DNA of 43,743 nucleotides from Spirochaetales bacterium (lineage in GTDB: Bacteria; Spirochaetota; Spirochaetia; Treponematales; UBA12059). Of this stretch, positions 18,416 to 26,790 are shown piece after piece (within the stretch, counting starts at the first letter, position 1; each line of letters opens with the position of its first letter). The DNA is taken from assembly GCA_016928955.1 (NCBI GenBank), contig JAFGJV010000039.1:1-43743 (forward strand), written 5' to 3'. A program made the translations under genes and the position numbers. Below the pieces are notes generated by a model. The model saw only the letters and a list, made by a program, of their open reading frames with translations. It made no database searches and was not told the DNA's origin.

Positions 18416-19039
18416 ATGAAATACCCGACCGCGGCCCTTGCCACGGCCTTGTTGCTTGCCCTGGCTTCCTGCGACAAACCCGCCCAGGAGCCTCCCACAC
18501 CCGCGTCCACCCAGGCCCAACCGACAGCCGAGTTTTCCGTTACTCCCGCACAGACCGGCCCCTGGTACGCGGCCAAACTCGAGGCTCTGGGCTTTTACGT
18601 CTTTCCCACACCCGAACCCCTGCCCGCGCTGTCCGTACTCAACCTGGACGGAACGCCCACAACCAGCGCCGTAAGCCGCGGCAAGGTCACCTTGCTCAAT
18701 TTTTGGGCCACCTGGTGCCCGCCATGCCGCTCGGAAATGCCGTCTATACAGATTCTGTACGACAAGACCAGGGATGTGGCGTTTGACGTGTTCGCGGTCA
18801 GCGTGGCCGAGCCACGGGCCACGGTGGCCGACTTCCTCAAGAACAATCCGGACTTCAGCTTTCCCATGTACCTGGACGAGACGGGTGCCGCGTCCGCTCC
18901 CTTTGTCGGCAGGGGCATCCCGACCACCTTCATCCTGGACAAACAGGGTAACGCCATTGCCGGCATGGTCGGCGCGCGCATGTACGACGGCCCCGAGGTC
19001 ATAGCCCTGTTCCGCGAGCTGGCGGAGCGCCTGCCATGA
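18416..19039 (+). CDS. TlpA/ResA-family thiol-disulfide oxidoreductase lipoprotein
   Basis: LLNFWATWCPPCRSEMP and GIPTTFILD; lipobox LALASC; AAGGAG SD before ATG 18416. Confidence 0.93.
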   Translation: MKYPTAALATALLLALASCDKPAQEPPTPASTQAQPTAEFSVTPAQTGPWYAAKLEALGFYVFPTPEPLPALSVLNLDGTPTTSAVSRGKVTLLNFWATWCPPCRSEMPSIQILYDKTRDVAFDVFAVSVAEPRATVADFLKNNPDFSFPMYLDETGAASAPFVGRGIPTTFILDKQGNAIAGMVGARMYDGPEVIALFRELAERLP

Positions 19040-19974
19040 GCGAGCTGAACGCGTTCGTCGCCTTCGGCGCGGGAGTCTTGTCCTTCCTGTCGCCCTGCGT
19101 CCTGCCCCTCATACCCGGCTACCTGTCCTTTGTGAGCGGCAGGCGAGCCGCAGACGTGCGGGAGGGCACGGACCGCGCGGGAGTGTTTTTCCGCACCTTG
19201 TTCTTTACCCTGGGTTTCAGCGCGGTGTTTGTGATCCTTGGACTGGTGTTCTCAGGCGGCGGCATGCTGCTGGCAGGCAACTCAGCCCGCTGGTTGTCCA
19301 TTATCGCGGGTGCCGTGATAGCGCTCTTTGGCCTCAACATGATCTTTGACTTTATCAAGATCCTGAACCGCGAGGCGCGGGCCCATCCCACGTCCAAACC
19401 GGCCGGAGCCGCGGGGTCCTTCCTGGTGGGCATGGCCTTTGGCGCCGGCTGGACGCCCTGCATCGGTCCCATACTGGCGTCCATCCTGCTGATGGCCGCG
19501 CGGAGCGGAACGGCCTTGGCCGGAGCGTCCTTACTTCTGCTCTACTCGCTGGGACTGGCCGTGCCCTTCCTGCTCGCCGGCCTGTTCTTTGACAAGCTGA
19601 CACCGCTCATGGGCTGGTTTAAGAAACGCGGCAGGGAGATCAGGCTGGTATCCGGAATCCTGCTCATCGTCATCGGGCTGGCCATGGCCCTGGGCAAGCT
19701 GACCGCCCTGAACGGGTGGTTCATGCGCGCCGCCATGGGCCTGAAGTCCATGTCGGTGTCCAATCCGGCCCTTGCCCGGGCCGCTGGAGCTGGTTTCTGG
19801 TTTGTCCTGGCCGCGCTGACCGTGCTGGTGCCCGTCCTCCGGAAGAAACGGCTTCTGGTGTGGCGGCGCCTGGTCGTTATCGTGGGGCTGTTGACGCTGG
19901 CCGTACTGGACGCCGCGGGAATCACCAGCACCGTTGACGCCCTGGCAGGGTGGCTCCTCTTTCAGGGGGCGTAA
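19036..19974 (+). CDS. ccdA: CcdA/DsbD-family transmembrane disulfide reductase with C-terminal extension
   Basis: SFLSPCVLPLIPGY and GWTPCIGPIL; ATGA overlap with the tlpA-like gene. Confidence 0.92.
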   Translation: MSELNAFVAFGAGVLSFLSPCVLPLIPGYLSFVSGRRAADVREGTDRAGVFFRTLFFTLGFSAVFVILGLVFSGGGMLLAGNSARWLSIIAGAVIALFGLNMIFDFIKILNREARAHPTSKPAGAAGSFLVGMAFGAGWTPCIGPILASILLMAARSGTALAGASLLLLYSLGLAVPFLLAGLFFDKLTPLMGWFKKRGREIRLVSGILLIVIGLAMALGKLTALNGWFMRAAMGLKSMSVSNPALARAAGAGFWFVLAALTVLVPVLRKKRLLVWRRLVVIVGLLTLAVLDAAGITSTVDALAGWLLFQGA

Positions 19975-19984
19975 AGGCCGCCCG

Positions 19985-20740
19985 TTACCTGGCCAGCTCC
20001 CGTTCGAGTTCACGGACGCGGCGGAAGCTGGCTTTGTCGTAGGTCACGCCAAGGCGCCTGAGCGCGTCCTCGTCGTCGCGCAACATGCGTATGACCTCGG
20101 CCGCTCCGGCCTTGTCGCCCGAGCTCGCCAGGAATTCGAGCCTCTGGACCTCAAGCTCGGTCTTGCCCAGTATTCCGCACACGCGCCGGTATTCGGCCGC
20201 GGCGTCCTCATGCGGAAGCACCTGTTCGAGCACCAGGAGCCTGAGCGAGTTCCAGTCCTGCCGGTCGTACACCCGCCGCGCGTCCATGGGCAGGCGGTCG
20301 AGCTCGGTCAGGGCTTCTGCATGGCGGCCGAGCCTGTGCAGGGCCAGGGCCACCTTGTAACAGAGTTCGGGATCGTCCTTGAATATGCCCGTACGGCAGC
20401 TTGTGTACAGGTCCAGGGCCTTGCCCCATTCGCCGTGGATGGCCAGGGCGTCCGCGTATTGGAGCTTGTTGCCCTGCGAGGGCGTGAAGGCGGCTTGCTG
20501 CCTGGCATCGGCCAATTTCCGACCCGGGTTGAAACTGTCCATCAGGCTGCCTGCCAGGCCGCGGATCCGGTTACTGGACACCAGAGACGGCAACAGCTCT
20601 ATGAGCATGTAGGCCAGGCCGCCAGCGTAGGGAATGATGATAATGATCCATATCCAGTAGGAATCGCGCCCTGTCTTGATCACGTGGATCAGGCACAAAA
20701 GCTGGATGGCGTAGGGTACGGCCAACAGAATATAGCTCAC
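19985..20740 (-). CDS. Membrane-anchored TPR-like protein (PLDc_N-like N-terminus)
   Basis: CLIHVIKTGRDSYWIWIIIIIPYAGGLAY two-TM motif followed by helical TPR-like repeats. GTG after GGAGG. Confidence 0.75.
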   Translation of the reverse strand: MSYILLAVPYAIQLLCLIHVIKTGRDSYWIWIIIIIPYAGGLAYMLIELLPSLVSSNRIRGLAGSLMDSFNPGRKLADARQQAAFTPSQGNKLQYADALAIHGEWGKALDLYTSCRTGIFKDDPELCYKVALALHRLGRHAEALTELDRLPMDARRVYDRQDWNSLRLLVLEQVLPHEDAAAEYRRVCGILGKTELEVQRLEFLASSGDKAGAAEVIRMLRDDEDALRRLGVTYDKASFRRVRELERELAR

Positions 20741-20799
20741 GACGTGACCTCCGGCGGGCGGATTGGCGACGCGGCCACGCGGCCACGCTTCTTGGCCTG

Positions 20800-21777
20800 T
20801 TAAACCGTGCCCACCTTGAACGAGCGCCTGAAACGGTGCCTCCGGGCCCGTTCAAACCACACCACCACAAGGGCTATGGCCAGCCTGGGCACGGTCAGCC
20901 AGAACAGCGACACGCCTATGAGCATGAACATGGCCGTGTCCTCGTACAGGCCGTGGCATACCGCGGCGTGGTGGTTGAAGAGGTCGGCTTCCTGCTTTTT
21001 CATCTCCCCGGCCTTGATGCGCTCGTCCAGCAGTTTGCTGGCCGCCCCGTAGCTCGCTGTATTCGCCAGCATCCAGGGCACGCTTTCCCGCGACGGCAGG
21101 CCGAACACCCGCAGGAAGGGGGCAACGACCTTGGTCAGCAGTTCAAGGACGACGAATTCCTCAAGCACCGCGCGGATCAGGCGGAGCGACAGGAGGAGCG
21201 CCGCCATGGTGCCGACCAGCCGCAGGGCATCGGGCGCCCAGGCGGCTATCAAGGCGCCCAGGTTTTCTGCCGCCAGGGGTTCCGGCACGATGAGCCAGTG
21301 GCTAGTGGCGGGCAGGATCCTGTTCAGGGCCAGTCCGGCAAGGATAGCCCACACCAGGCGGGTGAGCATCATCTTGGAGGCGGACGAGCCGGTGCGTTTC
21401 ATCAAGGCCGACTCAAGGGCCAGGTTGTGCGCCATCAGGGCCATCACGGCCACTATGGTCATGACGCGAAGATTGAGGCCGAGCGCCGCCACCGCGGCCA
21501 CGGCGCCGTACAGGTTCAGGAACACGGAAGCCAGGACGACCACGGCCGCTTTGCCGGGCAGGCCAAATACGGCCGCGGCGCCGTTCAGAGGCTCGCTGAG
21601 GCGGCCGAGTATTCCGCTCCACTCGGCGGCCGTCACCAAAAGATGCACGGGCACGGCCGTGGCCGCGAGCAGGAAAAAGCCTTTGACGCTGGACGCGAGC
21701 CCCCGGAAAACGGCCGACCCCAGACTGCGGGGCCGTGAACCAGGGCGATATATTTCAGGATCGTGATGTTCTTTCAT
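20800..21777 (-). CDS. Nucleoside-recognition (Gate) domain membrane protein
   Basis: Duplicated halves (FGLPGKA..FLNLYGA..AHNLALE and FGLP..SYGA..CHGLYEDT); multi-TM. Confidence 0.75.
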   Translation of the reverse strand: MKEHHDPEIYRPGSRPRSLGSAVFRGLASSVKGFFLLAATAVPVHLLVTAAEWSGILGRLSEPLNGAAAVFGLPGKAAVVVLASVFLNLYGAVAAVAALGLNLRVMTIVAVMALMAHNLALESALMKRTGSSASKMMLTRLVWAILAGLALNRILPATSHWLIVPEPLAAENLGALIAAWAPDALRLVGTMAALLLSLRLIRAVLEEFVVLELLTKVVAPFLRVFGLPSRESVPWMLANTASYGAASKLLDERIKAGEMKKQEADLFNHHAAVCHGLYEDTAMFMLIGVSLFWLTVPRLAIALVVVWFERARRHRFRRSFKVGTV

Positions 21778-21786
21778 TGCCGGGGC

Positions 21787-21815
21787 ATTGTCGCCGTGGC
21801 CGCGTCGGCTGTCAA
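21787..21815 (-). promoter_or_regulatory. Sigma70 promoter with very short or no leader
   Basis: TTGACA-17nt-GACAAT, 9 nt before ATG 21777; no SD. Confidence 0.6.
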
Positions 21816-21816
21816 G

Positions 21817-22740
21817 CTAGGGCAGCAGGGTAAGGGTCAAGCCTTCCCTGGCCGCTTCCACGCGCATGCCCGTCCTGCCCGCGACCTTGCCCTGGTAGAA
21901 CAGCTCGAGTTCCTGGAGCTCGGTATCCGTGCGGTTGGGGTCGTGGTGGAACAGGAGCAGGCGCTTGACGCGGGCCCGGTTGCCCGCGTTGATGGCGTGC
22001 TCGAACGACGAGTGGCCCCAGCCGCGTTTGCCGGCGGTGTATTCCTTGGCCGTGTACTGCGTGTCGTGGACCAGGACGTCGGCGTCGCGGAAGAAGGCTT
22101 CTATGCGCGCGTTCTCCTCCTGGGCCGCCTGCTCGCCCTCCTCAGCCACCGCCGCGTCGTAGTCGGGATCGGCCGGGTCGGACGGGAATACGTTGACAAA
22201 GGGCTCGTGGTCATAGGCAGAGACAAACACCTTGCCCTGGTACTCGACGCGGTAGCCGAGGCACAAAACGGGGTGGTTCAGGTACTTGGTCTTCACGGTA
22301 ACGCCGTCGCCCAGGTCCATCTCCGTTTCCTTGAGGCTCTGATATTTTATTTCCGCGGCCAGCTCGTCCTGGCGCACGGGCCAGTAGCGGTACGACAACT
22401 GCGTGCCGATGATCTGCTCCAGGGTCTCGTCCTCGAAATTGACCGGCCCGTGGATGCGCAGTTTTGTTCCGGGTATGTAGATGGGCGTGAACATGGGAAA
22501 GCCCATGATATGATCCCAGTGGGTATGGGTGATGAAGATGTCGGCGTCGATGGGCCCCTTCTTGAGGTCGTTGCGCGCCAGCCACTCGCCCAGGCCGCGT
22601 ATGCCCGAGCCCGCGTCTATGATGATGAGCCGCTTGCCGCAACGCACCTCGATGCACGCTGTGTTGCCGCCAAAGACCACGGTGTCCGGCCCGGGCACGG
22701 GCATGGAGCCGCGGTCGCCCCATATTTTAACGGTAAACAT
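21817..22740 (-). CDS. MBL-fold metallo-hydrolase (GxRGS subgroup, phosphodiesterase/RNase Z-like)
   Basis: WGDRGSMPVPG, GGNTACIEV, DAGSG, THTHWDH, HDTQY, WGHS and FHHDP. Confidence 0.92.
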   Translation of the reverse strand: MFTVKIWGDRGSMPVPGPDTVVFGGNTACIEVRCGKRLIIIDAGSGIRGLGEWLARNDLKKGPIDADIFITHTHWDHIMGFPMFTPIYIPGTKLRIHGPVNFEDETLEQIIGTQLSYRYWPVRQDELAAEIKYQSLKETEMDLGDGVTVKTKYLNHPVLCLGYRVEYQGKVFVSAYDHEPFVNVFPSDPADPDYDAAVAEEGEQAAQEENARIEAFFRDADVLVHDTQYTAKEYTAGKRGWGHSSFEHAINAGNRARVKRLLLFHHDPNRTDTELQELELFYQGKVAGRTGMRVEAAREGLTLTLLP

Positions 22741-22802
22741 GTTCGCGCCTTTCACTATCCGACGAGCAGGCTGTGTCCCGGCACCGGGTTTTCAGCATCC
22801 CG

Positions 22803-23678
22803 CTAGGCTTTGGCCGCACCCTTGAGGAACACCGAGGCCTTTTCTATCTCGGCCGCAACCGCGGCGTCTATGTCCTCAAGCCAGGCCTTGGGCACGCCCA
22901 GCCTTTCCCACGCGTCCGGCGCCGGCTTGTCGGGGTAGAGGCAGCCGGAAAAGCCTATGTTCTCCCGGTTGGCGTAGTGGTCGGCCACCGACACCGCCAG
23001 GAGGATCTGTTCGTTGGGACCCTCGTAGTCGGGTATGGAATGGTGAAAGCGGATGGCGTCCGCAATGGGGCCGTCCAGGTGCCACGCGTCGGCTATCATG
23101 CCGCCGGCCTCGGCGTGGTCCATATCGATGGCCTGGCGCTCGGCTGCGTACAGGGGTATGCGCTCGCGGTCGGCCAGGCCCATGGCCTTGACGTAATCCT
23201 CCGACAGCACGTTGTTGAGCGGGATTTTCCCGATGTCGTGCAGAAGCCCGGCGGCAAAATACTCGTCCAGGCGCTGGCTCTCCACGCCCTTCTTGCGGGC
23301 CAGCATCTTGGCCACAACGCCGACGCACAGGGAGTGCCGCCAGAAACCTTCCATGTTCAGGGCGCGGAAACCCGCCTTGTCGGCCAGGCGGTCCAGCACG
23401 GCCGTGCTCAGGGCCAGGTTCTTGACCGTGTTGACGCCCAGCATGATGATGGCGCGCACCAGGCTGGTCACCTGGTTCGGCAATCCGTAGTACGCCGAGT
23501 TGATCAGCTTGAGCACCTTGCCCATGAGCACGGGATCCAGGGATATGACCCGATCCAGGTCCACGGGGCTGGTGCGCGGATTGTTGCACACCTCAAGAAC
23601 CTTGGCCACCGTGGTCGGAAGGCTCGGCATGGATCCTATGTACTCGCGGACTCTCCGCTGGCCGTCAGGACCTGGCAT
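22803..23678 (-). CDS. HDOD domain protein
   Basis: MPSLP, DPVLMGKVLKLINSAYYG, FWRHSL, GLLHDIGK, DHAEAG and AIRFHH. Confidence 0.95.
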   Translation of the reverse strand: MPGPDGQRRVREYIGSMPSLPTTVAKVLEVCNNPRTSPVDLDRVISLDPVLMGKVLKLINSAYYGLPNQVTSLVRAIIMLGVNTVKNLALSTAVLDRLADKAGFRALNMEGFWRHSLCVGVVAKMLARKKGVESQRLDEYFAAGLLHDIGKIPLNNVLSEDYVKAMGLADRERIPLYAAERQAIDMDHAEAGGMIADAWHLDGPIADAIRFHHSIPDYEGPNEQILLAVSVADHYANRENIGFSGCLYPDKPAPDAWERLGVPKAWLEDIDAAVAAEIEKASVFLKGAAKA

Positions 23679-26600
23679 CGCGTTTCTCCTTGCGCATGAA
23701 CGAAATCAACTTGGCCAGGCGCTTGGATACGGGCACGCCATGGATTTCCTCGGGTATGTCGTCCTCCCGCGGGGCCACATTCTCGATGATGTAGTCCAGC
23801 TTGGCGTCCACACCGCTGTCCGACATGGCCTTCTGCTTGTCAGCCGGCAGGCTGCGCGACAAGTCCCGCAGGTACACAAAGAGCTTGCCTGCTTCCGGCC
23901 CCAGGGGATCCAGCCAGGAGCGGGGCGGCCTGCTTTTGCCGTGGTCACCGGCTTCATCGTGTCCGGCTGGCTCTTGGTCCTCGGGACCGGACTCAATGAC
24001 CGCGGATTCAGGCTCGACGACCTCGAGCATGGGCTCATCGGCCTCGGCTGGCTGTGCGCCCGGAACGGGCTCTTCGTCCTCGTCCAGTATTAGCTCGGGC
24101 TCCTCGGGCGGGGGAGCTTCCGACCATATATCCTCGGCTTCTTCCTCCGACGACAATTCAGGTTCCTCGGAGGGCAGCCCGGCCAGGTCTTCCAGAAGCT
24201 CGTCCTCGTCCTCTTCGCCGGGCGGCTCTACCCCCAGGTCACCGTGGACTTCTTCTAGTTCGCTATCGTCCAGATATTCGGGAGCCTCTTCCAGGAAGTC
24301 GCCCTCGGCTTCCGGCTCGGCGCCCTCTGCAAGGCCGGAATCCTCTCCCAAGCCTGGTTCCGCCGCCTCGTCCAGGGGCAATTCTTCCAGGTCCAGTTCC
24401 TCGTCCGTGCCGAGCTCTTCCAATTCCGGCTCCGTGGACAGGACCTCGTCAAAATCGGTCGGCTGGTCAAAGGTATCCTCGTCTTCGGGAACAGGCTCGT
24501 CGGCCAGTTCGATGTCCTCGGACGGCTCGATGGGCTCCACCTCCGGCTCGGCCAGACCCAGCTCCTCGAAATCCTCCTCGGTTTCCATCGGTTCCTCGAG
24601 CAAGGGTTCGGGCTCGGGTTCGGGCCTGGCTTGGGCGCCGCGCCCTTCCCCACCGGCTGGGAACTGTGGATAGGGAGGATAGTTCGGATACTGGGGCGGA
24701 GCGGAAGCCGGCTGAGTGGGCGGCGGCGGAGCGCTCTGCTGGGCGGCGGCCGGTTCAGTATACGGCGCCTGGGGCTGACGCTGCGGTTCCGGCCAGGCAG
24801 GCTGGGGCGGAGGAGCCATCTGCGGCATGGGCGGCATCTGAGGCTGGGGCCAGGCCGGCGCGGCCTGCTGAGCCGCCGGGGGCACAGGCTGTTCCGGGAA
24901 GGGTTCCGGCGCCGACTGACGCGGGGCTTCCTGGGGCGTTCCCCCGCCCTGCCCGGGAGAGCCGCCGAGGGCGGGAGCGTCGGGATAGAGATCTTCCCCG
25001 CGGAGCAACTCGTCCACCTTGGGGATTTCCTCTTCCTCTTCCTGGAGGAAGGCGTCGTCCGGCACTTCCTCGTCCAGGGGCTCCTCACGCTCGTCCACAA
25101 AGAGTATTTCTTCCTGCTCGTCCACGGGTATGGTAGCCGAGCCAAGGCCCAACAGGGCTTCCGTCTCGGCGTCCAGGCCTTCGTCCAGGCGTATGGCCGC
25201 GCGCTCGGCGTCCGCGCGCAGGGATTCCCTGAGCACGGCTATATTGCGTTCCCAGGCGTCCCTCATGTCGCCGGAGTACGCCTTGACGGCCTTCTCGTAG
25301 GCTTTGAGCGACACGTCCAGACCGTCAAAGTCGCCCGCGCGGCCCCTGCTGCCCCTGAGGTTCACCAGATGGCCGGCCTGCTCCACCGCCGCGGCCTTGT
25401 TGCCCATGTTCTGGTAGGCTACCGAGAGCTCGAGCAGGGCTTCGGCGTCGTCCGGCCTGTCGTCCAGCACTTCCTTGAGTATCTGCGCGGCGTGCGCCCA
25501 GTCACCCTTGTCGCCATGGGCGCGGGCCAGCTCGACGCGGGCAGCGTAATCCTTGGGCCGGGATGTCAGGTATTCCTCGAGTTCGGCTATGGCCTCGTCC
25601 GGTTCGCCGGATTCCCGGTGCAGGCGCGCCAGTTCGACGCGGAAAGGCGCCTGGCGGGGATCCAGCCGCACGATTTTGCGGTACACGTCCTTGGCCTTGT
25701 CCGCCTGGCCGGAACCCTGGAGCAAGGCGCCGTACAGCTTCAAGGCTTCCACGTCGTTGGGCGAGCGCCTGAGCACGTCGGCCACAGCCGCCTGGGCCTG
25801 ATCCAGGTGGCCAAGCACGCGGTACAGCTTGGCCAGCTGAACCCTGAGGCCGTCGTTCTCCGGCATCAGCTCGACCAGGCTCTTGATCTCGTCCACGGCC
25901 TCGGCATAGCGGCCGGTCTTTTCCAGCACGTTCTGGATGTTCACCGCCGCCTCCAGGAAGGAGGGATCGGCGTCCAGGGCCTTGCGGAACCAGCGTATGG
26001 CCTCGTCGGGCTTGCCCTGCTCTGCGCAGGACAGTCCGATGCCGTTGCGCGCCTGGGCGTCCAGGGGCTTGATGGCTATGATCTGCGAAAAAATGTCTAT
26101 GGCTTTCTTGTGCTCGCCGGATCTGGCCAAGCAGGACGCGTAGCGGTTCATGGCCTCTATCCAGCCGGGCCTGGCCTTGACGGCGGCCTGGTACTCGCGC
26201 AGGGCGTCGTCATCCTTGCCCAGGGCCTCGTAGGCCACGCCAAGGTTGTAATGGAACGACGGATAGTTCGGATCCACGGCCAGGCCGCGCCAGTACACCT
26301 GCACGGCCCTTCCGGGGTCGCCCATGGACAGGTATACGTTGCCCAGGTTGTTGTAGGCGATGACGTGCTTGGCGTCCAGCTCGATGGCCTTGGCAAAGGA
26401 CATCTCCGCGGCCTTGAGCTTGCCCAGCGCCTTGTGGGCGTTCCCCAGGTTGAACATCAGCTCCGGATCGGTTGGCTGGTAGTCTATGGCGTGCTCGAGG
26501 GCCGAGAGGGCGTCCGAGGGCTTGCCGAGCCTGAGATAGGCCAAAGCCATGCCCTCCAACGCGCGGACGTCCTTGGCGTCCGATTCCACGGCGCTGGAAA

Positions 26601-26790
26601 AGGCCGCAAGGGCGTCCTTGGGCCTGTCCGTGCGCAGGTACACGTTGCCGAGCACCAGGCGGGCGTCGCGAGACTCGGGCTCCTCCAGGAGGCAGGCGCG
26701 GGCGTGCCGCTCGGCCGTCTCGAAATCCCTGAGCCTGAGCGCGTTCTCGGCCCGCGCAAGGGCATCCGGACGCTTGTCTGTCTTCCTCAT
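23665..26790 (-). CDS. Large TPR protein with Pro/Gln linker, highly acidic region and short C-terminal helical domain (1041 aa)
   Basis: Many TPR units (FNLGNAH, YNNLGNVY, YNLGVAY, NGIGLSC). Start ATG 26790 overlaps the upstream stop (ATGA). The longer ORF-track N-terminus is shadow sequence. Confidence 0.88.
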   Translation of the reverse strand: MRKTDKRPDALARAENALRLRDFETAERHARACLLEEPESRDARLVLGNVYLRTDRPKDALAAFSSAVESDAKDVRALEGMALAYLRLGKPSDALSALEHAIDYQPTDPELMFNLGNAHKALGKLKAAEMSFAKAIELDAKHVIAYNNLGNVYLSMGDPGRAVQVYWRGLAVDPNYPSFHYNLGVAYEALGKDDDALREYQAAVKARPGWIEAMNRYASCLARSGEHKKAIDIFSQIIAIKPLDAQARNGIGLSCAEQGKPDEAIRWFRKALDADPSFLEAAVNIQNVLEKTGRYAEAVDEIKSLVELMPENDGLRVQLAKLYRVLGHLDQAQAAVADVLRRSPNDVEALKLYGALLQGSGQADKAKDVYRKIVRLDPRQAPFRVELARLHRESGEPDEAIAELEEYLTSRPKDYAARVELARAHGDKGDWAHAAQILKEVLDDRPDDAEALLELSVAYQNMGNKAAAVEQAGHLVNLRGSRGRAGDFDGLDVSLKAYEKAVKAYSGDMRDAWERNIAVLRESLRADAERAAIRLDEGLDAETEALLGLGSATIPVDEQEEILFVDEREEPLDEEVPDDAFLQEEEEEIPKVDELLRGEDLYPDAPALGGSPGQGGGTPQEAPRQSAPEPFPEQPVPPAAQQAAPAWPQPQMPPMPQMAPPPQPAWPEPQRQPQAPYTEPAAAQQSAPPPPTQPASAPPQYPNYPPYPQFPAGGEGRGAQARPEPEPEPLLEEPMETEEDFEELGLAEPEVEPIEPSEDIELADEPVPEDEDTFDQPTDFDEVLSTEPELEELGTDEELDLEELPLDEAAEPGLGEDSGLAEGAEPEAEGDFLEEAPEYLDDSELEEVHGDLGVEPPGEEDEDELLEDLAGLPSEEPELSSEEEAEDIWSEAPPPEEPELILDEDEEPVPGAQPAEADEPMLEVVEPESAVIESGPEDQEPAGHDEAGDHGKSRPPRSWLDPLGPEAGKLFVYLRDLSRSLPADKQKAMSDSGVDAKLDYIIENVAPREDDIPEEIHGVPVSKRLAKLISFMRKEKRDARS

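Noticed and set aside
23960..24980. Repetitive-looking TCC/TCG/GGC-rich DNA as a repeat array or CRISPR
   Set aside because: It is low-complexity Glu/Pro/Gln coding sequence within the TPR gene; there are no identical repeats with spacers.
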